From the NCBI RefSeq assembly GCF_000195975.1, contig NC_005070.1:300001-332000 (forward strand): DNA of 32,000 nt, in the 5' to 3' direction. A program made the position numbers and the translations under genes. Positions 25,613-32,000 of the stretch are shown here, one piece after another; position 1 is the stretch's first letter; each line of letters opens with the position of its first letter. Under the pieces are notes generated by a model. That model was not told the DNA's origin and did not search any database. It saw nothing but the letters and a program-made list of their open reading frames with translations. The DNA comes from Parasynechococcus marenigrum WH 8102 (GTDB lineage: Bacteria > Cyanobacteriota > Cyanobacteriia > PCC-6307 > Cyanobiaceae).

Positions 25613-27598
25613 ATGACGGTTTCTTCCATGGAGTCGCGCCAGGGTTTGCGCGGCCAGCTCAACAAGCTGCGCAACCTGGCCCAGCCTTTCTTCCTGCCCC
25701 TCGATCAGGCCAGCGGCTGGCAATTCGTTGGGTTGCTGGTGGCGCTGTTGTTCTGCGTCGGCGGGTTGGTGCTGGTGGCTCTCACCGGCCTGATTGGCCT
25801 GTTTGAACAGCTCTTGCCGGAGGTCACCGAGAAGTATTTCGGCGGGGTGTCCAGCACGATCGCCGGCATCTGGAGCAGCGCCTGGGGGGTGGTCTTCAGC
25901 GGTTTGTTCCTGATGGGAGGAGCGGCGTTCCTGGCGATGCGCCAACAGCTTCGCAACCGCCGCTGGCTGCACTGGCTGATGCTCGGCGTGATTGTGCTGA
26001 TGTTGCTGACGGTCAATGGCATCAATGCCGGCATCGGCTTCATCGCGCGAGACCTCACCAATGCCCTGGTGGCCAAACAGGAAGATGGTTTTTATCGGAT
26101 CCTGATTATTTACGCCTGCTGCTTTGTGGTGGCGTTGCCGATTCGTGTGTCTCAGATCTTCTTCACCTTCAAGCTGGGGATTATCTGGCGCGATTGGTTG
26201 TCTCGCAGCCTGATCGGGGACTACATGCGCAACCGCGCCTATTACGTTCTCAATCCGAACGATGAACAGGCAACGGATGTTGATAATCCAGACCAGCGCA
26301 TTACCGATGACACCCGATCTTTCACGTCCCAGAGCCTTCAATTCACCCTTGGGGTATTCGATGCCCTGCTGACCTTTTCCCTCAACATTCTTATTCTCTG
26401 GAGCATCAGTACAACACTGACGCTGTCACTCTTCGGCTACGCAAGTTTCGCGACTGCAGTGCTGGTGATCTCCGGGCGCAAGCTGGTGAAGATCAACTTC
26501 GATCAGCTGCGCTACGAGGCTGATTTCCGCTACGGATTGGTTCATATCCGCAATAACGCCGAGTCCATTGCCTTTTACTCCGGTGAAGAGCCTGAAGCTG
26601 CTGAAACCGAGCGGCGTCTCGGCTCTGTTGTTCGTAATTTCAACCTTCTGATTATCTGGCGCGTCATCATTGATGTGATGCGTCGCTCGATCGGATATGC
26701 CGGAAACTTCTTTCCTTATCTGGTCATGGCTGTCCCCTACTTTGCAGGGGAAATTGATTACGGCGGCTTCATTCAAGCCAACTTCGCCTTCGGAATGGTG
26801 GAGGGATCGCTGTTCTATGTGGTGAATCAGATCGAGGAATTGGCGCAGTTCACGGCCGGAATCTCCCGCCTTGAGGGTTTCCAGAGCGAGGTGGAGCAGG
26901 TGAGCCGTGAGGCCAGGGGTGCAGACCCTGTGCAGCAGGGAGCGGAGTCGATCGTGGTGCGCCATGCCGATCTCACCCCACCCGGTGCTGATCAGCCGAT
27001 CGTGCGGGATCTCAGCCTCAGCGTTGGTGAAACCGACAAATTGCTGGTGGTGGGTCCCTCCGGCTGCGGAAAGACCTCACTGCTGCGCATGATCAGTGGT
27101 CTTTGGTCCCCCAGTCAGGGGTATGTCGAACGTCCACCCACAGGCGAGCTCCTGTTCATCCCCCAGAAGCCCTACATGCTGCTGGGGTCGTTGCGGGAAC
27201 AGCTTTGTTATCCCACCGATGAAGGCCGGTTCAGTGACGACCAACTTCGCCATGTGCTGGATGAGGTGAACCTCAGCACCCTCTCGACCCGCTACCCCGA
27301 CCTGGACGTCAAGCAGGACTGGCCTCGCATCCTGTCCCTTGGTGAGCAGCAACGCCTGGCCTTCGGCCGATTACTGCTGAATGCCCCACGGTTCGTGGTG
27401 CTGGATGAAGCCACCAGTGCTCTGGATGTAGCCACAGAGGATCATCTCTATGCCTTGTTGCGCCAGCGGGAACTGGCGGTGATCAGCATTGGCCACCGTC
27501 CCACCCTCAAGCAGTTCCACGATTCAGTGCTCGAGCTCAGCGGCAACGGCGACTGGCGGTTGATGCCGGCGACCAGCTATGACTTCGAGCGTTCCTGA
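25613..27598 (+). CDS. Fused permease/ATPase ABC transporter of the SbmA/BacA-ABCD type
   Basis: 661 aa. N-terminal multi-TM domain. Walker A GPSGCGKTS, signature LSLGEQQRLAF, Walker B FVVLDEATSALD. Confidence 0.88.
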   Translation: MTVSSMESRQGLRGQLNKLRNLAQPFFLPLDQASGWQFVGLLVALLFCVGGLVLVALTGLIGLFEQLLPEVTEKYFGGVSSTIAGIWSSAWGVVFSGLFLMGGAAFLAMRQQLRNRRWLHWLMLGVIVLMLLTVNGINAGIGFIARDLTNALVAKQEDGFYRILIIYACCFVVALPIRVSQIFFTFKLGIIWRDWLSRSLIGDYMRNRAYYVLNPNDEQATDVDNPDQRITDDTRSFTSQSLQFTLGVFDALLTFSLNILILWSISTTLTLSLFGYASFATAVLVISGRKLVKINFDQLRYEADFRYGLVHIRNNAESIAFYSGEEPEAAETERRLGSVVRNFNLLIIWRVIIDVMRRSIGYAGNFFPYLVMAVPYFAGEIDYGGFIQANFAFGMVEGSLFYVVNQIEELAQFTAGISRLEGFQSEVEQVSREARGADPVQQGAESIVVRHADLTPPGADQPIVRDLSLSVGETDKLLVVGPSGCGKTSLLRMISGLWSPSQGYVERPPTGELLFIPQKPYMLLGSLREQLCYPTDEGRFSDDQLRHVLDEVNLSTLSTRYPDLDVKQDWPRILSLGEQQRLAFGRLLLNAPRFVVLDEATSALDVATEDHLYALLRQRELAVISIGHRPTLKQFHDSVLELSGNGDWRLMPATSYDFERS

Positions 27599-27607
27599 TC
27601 AGGCCGG

Positions 27608-27808
27608 ATGACCTCCCCCAGCGAGCCCCCTGCAACCGCTTCGGTTCCGGAGACGTCCGCCACAACCAGCGATGTCCCCGCTTTTGGCTGGAGTGGTTAC
27701 GCCGAGCGGGTGAACGGTCGATTTGCCATGGTTGGCTTCACGGCAATTCTGGTGATCGAGGCGATCAGCGGAGACACCTTCCTGCATTGGGCAGGGCTGC
27801 TGCCCTGA
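27608..27808 (+). CDS. hli: High-light-inducible protein (one-helix CAB-like protein)
   Basis: 66 aa with the diagnostic AERVNGRFAMVGFTAILVIE chlorophyll-binding helix. Starts 9 nt after the ABC transporter stop. Confidence 0.88.
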   Translation: MTSPSEPPATASVPETSATTSDVPAFGWSGYAERVNGRFAMVGFTAILVIEAISGDTFLHWAGLLP

Positions 27809-27817
27809 TCAGGGCAG
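27800..27817. repeat. Perfect 18-bp palindrome CTGCCCTGATCAGGGCAG spanning two abutting convergent stop codons
   Basis: The + TGA (27806-27808) and the - TGA (27809-27811) form the palindrome centre TGATCA. A third arm copy, CAGGGC, lies at 27792-27797. Confidence 0.7.
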
Positions 27818-28288
27818 GCGGATCAGGTCCACCTCCCAGCGTCCGCCGCGGCTCACCTGTACCGCCAACCGTCGCCCATCAGCATTGAGGCTTACGGCAC
27901 GAGGCACCCCAGGTGGCTCCAGCGGCAGCCGTTGCACCGTGCCCACATTGCGGCGATACAGCACCAGTTCGGTGCGTTCGTCCCGCTGCTGCACCACCGC
28001 CAGGCGCGTGCCATCAGCACTGACGCTGACGCTGATCGGCTGGGCATCAGCGCGGTTGAGCCCCGGTAATGGCACCGGTTGCCGTGACCCCAGATCCACC
28101 AGGTCCACCCGTTCCCGGCCACCCCGCAGGGTCAGGCTGGCCAGCCAGCGTTGCGCCAGGGCGGGGTCGCGTCGGCTGCTGGCGTTCTGACGCAGCAGAC
28201 CGTTGAAATCGGGCAGTGGTGTCGGCCGCGGACCACTGCAGCTCAGCAACAGGAGGGAGAGCAGCAGCAGCGAGGCGGTCGGCGTCAT
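27809..28288 (-). CDS. TolB/PD40-like repeat lipoprotein, paralogue B (three repeats)
   Basis: Track ORF 27809..28381, trimmed to ATG 28288 (GGAGAG 8 nt upstream). Signal plus lipobox MTPTASLLLLSLLLLSC|SG. Repeats of the form ..S(V/L)S.DG.RLAV... ATGA overlap with the upstream gene stop. Confidence 0.65.
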   Translation of the reverse strand: MTPTASLLLLSLLLLSCSGPRPTPLPDFNGLLRQNASSRRDPALAQRWLASLTLRGGRERVDLVDLGSRQPVPLPGLNRADAQPISVSVSADGTRLAVVQQRDERTELVLYRRNVGTVQRLPLEPPGVPRAVSLNADGRRLAVQVSRGGRWEVDLIRLP

Positions 28289-28821
28289 CGGGAGCTCTCC
28301 AATGGCGGCGTGGTGAGGGCCTGGCCGGCTGCACGATCCGGCTCCAGCAGTTCGCTGAGATCGAGCAGTTCCACCCGCCACTGGCCCTGGTCGGCCACCT
28401 GCAGGGCCAGCCGGCGGGCATCCGGCGCCAGGCTCAGGCGCACGGGATCCCGTCCACCGGGCAGGGGAAGGGGATGCAGCCGGCCATTGAGGCGGTCCAG
28501 CACCACCGCCAGACGCCGTTTGCCCCGTTGGGTGATCAAGGCCAGGTAACGGCCGTTCCAGCTCAGGGACGGTGAGCTATGGGGCTGATGGCGCCGCAAT
28601 TGCGGCACCGGCCGGATGCTGCCGTCCTCTCCGCGCAGTTGCACCGTCGGACGACCCTGGATCTGGCTGATCACCGCCAGCAGGCGCCCGTCGCCACTGA
28701 GGGCGGGATCCTCCTGGCTGCGGTCGATCCAACCGGTTGCCGCTCGTTCCACCCGGCCGCTGCAACCCAGCAGGCTTGTGGCCAGCAGCAGCAGCAGCAG
28801 CGGCGATCGGACTGATGTCAG
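28285..28821 (-). CDS. TolB/PD40-like repeat lipoprotein, paralogue A (three repeats); proposed non-canonical CTG start
   Basis: The track ORF starts at GTG 28752, but the 23 in-frame codons upstream encode (L/M)TSVRSPLLLLLLATSLLGC|SGR, a textbook lipoprotein signal. No ATG/GTG/TTG precedes it in frame. CTG at 28819-28821 overlaps the ycf66 TGA. Confidence 0.5.
   Translation of the reverse strand: MTSVRSPLLLLLLATSLLGCSGRVERAATGWIDRSQEDPALSGDGRLLAVISQIQGRPTVQLRGEDGSIRPVPQLRRHQPHSSPSLSWNGRYLALITQRGKRRLAVVLDRLNGRLHPLPLPGGRDPVRLSLAPDARRLALQVADQGQWRVELLDLSELLEPDRAAGQALTTPPLESSR
28783..28800. repeat. (CAG)6 trinucleotide repeat, equal to (CTG)6 / Leu6 of the paralogue-A signal peptide
   Basis: Read directly: cag x6 at 28783-28800. 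Shorter runs lie at 28261-28269 (paralogue B signal peptide) and 345-359. Confidence 0.9.
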
Positions 28822-29720
28822 TCGTCGAAGCGGGAGCTGTTGTCCCGGGGGCGAGATGTTGAACCGCTGCTGCGGGAACTTCGGGGGGCCGGGCGATTGC
28901 CGGAACTCTCTGGTCGCCCTGAAGGCCTGTTGGGTGTTGTCATTTTCTTGGCGCTGTAGGCAGCATCTTCAGCGGCGGAACGGCTGGGTTTCGCCGATGT
29001 GCTGGGGCGAGTTTCGGCCTCGGCTGCAGACTCGACGGCACTGCGGCCCGTGGGACGGCTGCCACGGCGCTGGTCCTGGCGCTGGGTGCGGCGGTCACCA
29101 AAGTCGGCACGTTTCTCCCGTGGTTCATCACCAGCGCGGAAACGGGCCATGCGGCGGGAGCGTTCATCGTCCTGACGAGCCGAGCGTTCTTCTGGGCGTT
29201 CGTCGTCACGACCGCGGCGGCTTTCAGCCTGTTCAGGAATGGCAGCGCGGGATGTGGCTGTGCGACGCGGGCGGTAGCTCTCCTCCATCGGCTCCTCATC
29301 GAAGCGCTCTTCACGACCGCTGAAACGCCTGCGCAGCGGTTGGGGTTCGTCAAAGCGGTCGTATCCATCGTCCCAGCTGCCTGTTAAGCCCCCCGGTGCC
29401 TCACGTGGTGGTGCTGGTTCGTCATCGAAATAGGCGGAGCGTCGGGCCTGTTCCGTGGCCACACCGCGCAGACGAACACTTTCGTAGGCGAAAAACACGG
29501 TGGTTCCTGCCAACAGGAACTGGCCGAACTGAAGAATCGGGTCCAGGCGCCAGCCCTGAAAGAACAGGATGCCTCCGCACAGCAGACCGATGGCCGCAAA
29601 GAAAACGTCGTAATCCCGCGCCAAGGCCGGCTTAAACGAGCGCATGAAGTACAGCATCGCCCCACCAACGGCCAGCACGATGCCGACGATGCTGGCCCAA
29701 TTCAGACTGGCGTTAACCAA
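28818..29720 (-). CDS. ycf66: Ycf66 family membrane protein with a long Arg/Ser/Asp/Glu-rich disordered C-terminal tail
   Basis: N-terminal 85 aa (MVNASLNWASIVGIVLAVGGAMLYFMRSFKPALARDYDVFFAAIGLLCGGILFFQGWRLDPILQFGQFLL..) match Ycf66. The remainder is low complexity. Confidence 0.85.
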   Translation of the reverse strand: MVNASLNWASIVGIVLAVGGAMLYFMRSFKPALARDYDVFFAAIGLLCGGILFFQGWRLDPILQFGQFLLAGTTVFFAYESVRLRGVATEQARRSAYFDDEPAPPREAPGGLTGSWDDGYDRFDEPQPLRRRFSGREERFDEEPMEESYRPRRTATSRAAIPEQAESRRGRDDERPEERSARQDDERSRRMARFRAGDEPREKRADFGDRRTQRQDQRRGSRPTGRSAVESAAEAETRPSTSAKPSRSAAEDAAYSAKKMTTPNRPSGRPESSGNRPAPRSSRSSGSTSRPRDNSSRFDD

Positions 29721-29769
29721 TGAAGCGCCTCCTCAAGACGTTCAGTTTACGAGGGGCGCCAGGGTTGGA

Positions 29770-29892
29770 TCAGAGCTTGCGGTCGAGGCGGTCGGTCTGA
29801 CTGATCAGGATCAGGCCAATGGTGGCGGGGACCACAACGATCAAACCTCCCCAAACGAGGCTGCTCAGGAAGTTGGAGAGGGAGGGGGTCAT
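29770..29892 (-). CDS. psbX: Photosystem II reaction centre protein X (40 aa), not in the ORF track
   Basis: Manual translation of the - strand: [40 protein letters not shown]. This is the canonical PsbX single-TM sequence, with ATG at 29892 and TGA at 29770-29772. Confidence 0.9.
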   Translation of the reverse strand: MTPSLSNFLSSLVWGGLIVVVPATIGLILISQTDRLDRKL

Positions 29893-29971
29893 GGCGTCGG
29901 TGCCGTCGGGTTCAAAGCCGAAGCGATCCTAGGGATTAGGACCCGCTTTCTACGATGCCGGTCCCAATGCT

Positions 29972-30301
29972 TTGAGCTTTGTGACGCCCTCGCTGCTTCA
30001 GGTGCTTCCCGTCGTTCATCTGGCCCTGGGGTTGCTGCTTGCGGCGCTGACCCTGGCGTTCCTGCTGCGGATCGTGCTCACGTGGTATCCCCAGGTGGAC
30101 CTGAAGCAAGGCGCCTGGTCCTTGATTGCCTGGCCCACCGAGCCGGTACTGTCACTCACCCGTCGGGTAGTAGCTCCGATCGGTGGGGTTGATGTCACCC
30201 CGGTGATCTGGGTTGGGTTGTTGAGTCTGCTGAGGGAGCTTCTCGTGGGACAGCAGGGACTGCTCTCCCAGGTGCTGATGCGCTCTCAGGCGATCAGTTG
30301 A
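29972..30301 (+). CDS. ycf19: YggT/Ycf19 family membrane protein (TTG start; GTG 29981 possible)
   Basis: ..[25 protein letters not shown]...R..V.PIGGVD(V/I)TPVIW.. is the YggT signature. Confidence 0.85.
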   Translation: MSFVTPSLLQVLPVVHLALGLLLAALTLAFLLRIVLTWYPQVDLKQGAWSLIAWPTEPVLSLTRRVVAPIGGVDVTPVIWVGLLSLLRELLVGQQGLLSQVLMRSQAIS

Positions 30302-31640
30302 GCATGTCCTGCTCGACGAACTTGGTGTGAACGTCGCCGTTGATGAACTCCGGGCGATCCAGCAGGGCTAGATGAAATTCCACCGTGGTGGGAATCCCAG
30401 TGACGGCGCATTCATTCAGGGCGCGTTTCATCCGCGATAACGCCACGTCGCGGTTGCGACCCCAGACGATCACCTTTCCGATCAGAGAGTCGTAGAACGG
30501 CGGGATGTCGTAGCCGGTGTACACATGGCTATCGACACGGACACCAGGACCGCCCGGTGGAAGCCAGCCGGTGATGCGCCCAGGTGCTGGTCGGAAATTG
30601 TGGGTGGCGTCTTCGGCGTTGATCCGGCATTCGATCGCATGGCCGGAGAGGTTGATCTCCCCCTGCTGAACGCTGATGGGCTCTCCACCGGCAATGCGCA
30701 GTTGCTCGGCGATCAGGTCGATCCCGGTCACCATCTCCGTCACCGGATGCTCCACCTGGATGCGGGTGTTCATCTCCATGAAATAGAACCCACCGCTGCG
30801 GTCGAGCAGGAACTCGACAGTGCCAGCGCCCTCGTAGTTAATGCTGCGGGCTGCGGCCACGGCCGCTTCACCCATGCGACGGCGTAGATCAGGATCCAGG
30901 GCCGGGCTGGGGGCTTCCTCCAGCAGTTTCTGATGGCGTCGCTGAATCGAGCAGTCCCGTTCGCCGAGGTGAACGACATTGCCGTGGCGGTCCGCCAGCA
31001 CCTGCACTTCCACGTGCCGGGGGCGATCGATGAATTTCTCCATGTACAGCCCGGGATTACCGAAGGCGGCCTCCGCCTCTCCCTGGGCGGCCTTGAACAG
31101 ATTGTTCAGCTGGTCCGGGCTCTGCACCAGACGCATGCCACGGCCGCCGCCTCCGGCGGTGGCTTTGATCATCACGGGATACCCCATCTGCTCCGCCAGC
31201 ACGGCGGCATCCTGTGGTCCCGCCAGCAATCCCTCGCTGCCGGGAACGGTTGGAACGCCCACGGCCTGCATGGTGGCCTTGGCGGTGGATTTGTCCCCCA
31301 TGGAGCGGATCGCGTGGGGGGAGGGACCGATGAAGGTCAGGCCGTGGTCGCCGCACATCTCGGCGAATTTGTCGTTTTCAGCCAGGAAGCCGTAACCGGG
31401 ATGGATCGCGTCGACCCCGCGGGAGGTGGCGGCGGCCAGGATGTTGGGAACATTGAGATAGCTCTTGCTGCTCAGGGCGTCGCCGACGCAGACCGCTTCA
31501 TCGGCCAGCTGAACATGGAGCGCGTCTTTATCAACCGTGCTGTAAACGGCCACGGTGGCGATGCCGAGTTCGCGGCAGCTGCGCAAGATCCGGAGGGCAA
31601 TTTCGCCGCGGTTGGCGATCAGCACTTTGCCGATGGGCAT
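30294..31640 (-). CDS. accC: Acetyl-CoA carboxylase biotin carboxylase subunit
   Basis: 448 aa. [20 protein letters not shown].., ATP-grasp motifs (..GGGGRGMR.., ..[14 protein letters not shown]..). Confidence 0.95.
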   Translation of the reverse strand: MPIGKVLIANRGEIALRILRSCRELGIATVAVYSTVDKDALHVQLADEAVCVGDALSSKSYLNVPNILAAATSRGVDAIHPGYGFLAENDKFAEMCGDHGLTFIGPSPHAIRSMGDKSTAKATMQAVGVPTVPGSEGLLAGPQDAAVLAEQMGYPVMIKATAGGGGRGMRLVQSPDQLNNLFKAAQGEAEAAFGNPGLYMEKFIDRPRHVEVQVLADRHGNVVHLGERDCSIQRRHQKLLEEAPSPALDPDLRRRMGEAAVAAARSINYEGAGTVEFLLDRSGGFYFMEMNTRIQVEHPVTEMVTGIDLIAEQLRIAGGEPISVQQGEINLSGHAIECRINAEDATHNFRPAPGRITGWLPPGGPGVRVDSHVYTGYDIPPFYDSLIGKVIVWGRNRDVALSRMKRALNECAVTGIPTTVEFHLALLDRPEFINGDVHTKFVEQDMLN

Positions 31641-31715
31641 CCCGCAGCAGTTCAGGCCTGATGGCGGATCGTATCAGTGACGACCGGAATGATCTGGGCC
31701 CTGACCCCCGGTCGG

Positions 31716-31721
31716 TATGAT
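31716..31721 (+). promoter_or_regulatory. Possible -10 box (TATGAT) for tRNA-Leu
   Basis: TATGAT lies 38 nt upstream of the mature tRNA 5' end. No convincing -35 box. Confidence 0.2.
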
Positions 31722-31758
31722 CACTCCTCGACAAAGCCCGAGCGGCTGAGTCGACCAC

Positions 31759-31840
31759 GCGGATGTGGTGGAATTGGTAGACACGCACGTTTGAGGGGCG
31801 TGTGGCTTCGGCCTTGCGAGTTCAAGTCTCGCCATCCGCA
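31759..31840 (+). tRNA. tRNA-Leu (anticodon GAG), class II with long variable arm; CCA not encoded
   Basis: Folded by hand. Acceptor GCGGATG/CATCCGC plus discriminator A. Anticodon stem CACGT/GCGTG with loop TTGAGGG. Variable arm TGGCTTCGGCCTT. T arm GCGAG-TTCAAGT-CTCGC. 82 nt. Confidence 0.93.
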
Positions 31841-31850
31841 CTCCATTTCC

Positions 31851-32000
31851 TTGGCCAGACCTGCGACCGACGACCCCGGGCCTGCCGTTGTCCTTGTCAC
31901 CAACGGACCCGGAGAACTGACCACCTGGGTTCGTCCGTTGGCGGAACGCCTTCACGCCACCCTCCCCCTGAGGCCGAGAACGTCGGGTACTGCCGCGAGC
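31851..32000 (+). CDS. Possible 5' end of a lipid-A-disaccharide synthase-related (LpxB-like) protein, truncated by the window edge
   Basis: The frame is open from TTG 31851 to the window end. ..VVLVTNGPGELTTWVRPLAERL.. resembles the N-terminal SNG(P/H)GE motif of cyanobacterial LpxB-related proteins (from memory). The start codon is uncertain. Confidence 0.35.
   Translation, partial: MARPATDDPGPAVVLVTNGPGELTTWVRPLAERLHATLPLRPRTSGTAAS

Noticed and set aside
25214-26341. 375-aa ORF on the - strand
   Set aside because: It is antisense to the HIT gene and the ABC transporter, which has Walker A/B and signature motifs on the + strand. It is a shadow ORF.
30933-31661. 242-aa + strand ORF
   Set aside because: It is antisense to accC, which has ATP-grasp motifs on the - strand.
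31716-31758. ACTCCTC motif reminiscent of the Yfr1 sRNA core (ACUCCUCACAC)
   Set aside because: Only 7 of 11 nt match (ACTCCTCGACA). There are no flanking stem-loops of Yfr1 type. The segment is more simply the leader of tRNA-Leu.
1-32000. Search for CRISPR arrays, IS elements, integrases, prophage remnants, toxin-antitoxin pairs and rRNA
   Set aside because: I saw no regularly spaced direct repeats, no transposase- or integrase-like translations in any frame, and no rRNA-like sequence. The only compositionally foreign segment is 7611-9380.

Overview
The window reads as chromosomal DNA from a high-GC (about 60%) marine Synechococcus-type picocyanobacterium. Almost all of it is recognisable core genome. 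On the + strand: coaBC 3' end, psbO, sat, ftsH, an Eda-like aldolase, ftrC-sufBCDS, def, a HIT protein, an SbmA/ABCD-type ABC transporter, hli, ycf19/yggT, tRNA-Leu(GAG) and the start of an LpxB-related gene. On the - strand: aroC, an Asp/Asn beta-hydroxylase (LpxO-like), a two-HKD PLD-like protein, a DUF4912/Rho_N protein, cpcG, a CpcS/CpeS-family bilin lyase, sufR, an S9 peptidase, comM/yifB, two tandem TolB-like lipoproteins, ycf66, psbX (too short for the ORF track) and accC. I found no rRNA, CRISPR array, transposase or integrase. The many long ORFs antisense to these genes are high-GC artefacts.

I do not see a complete, clear-cut novel multi-gene system. The best second-look candidates are:
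- A roughly 1.75-kb low-GC islet (7611-9380) wedged into a tightly packed gene string. It encodes a GT9-like glycosyltransferase and a TylF-like methyltransferase homologue whose expected metal and SAM motifs appear substituted. It sits next to the LpxO-like hydroxylase.
- The PLD-like gene, whose signal peptide lies in a different reading frame from its catalytic body (apparent 1-nt frameshift).
- Two translationally coupled three-repeat TolB/PD40-like lipoprotein paralogues downstream of psbX-ycf66. The first has its lipoprotein signal peptide upstream of any ATG/GTG/TTG, and the only nearby in-frame candidate is a CTG overlapping the ycf66 stop.
- Candidate SufR operators, with ftrC spliced directly onto sufBCDS.
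- A GC3 trough of roughly 750 bp inside the ABC transporter gene.

All family calls come from reading the translations by eye. No searches were run.
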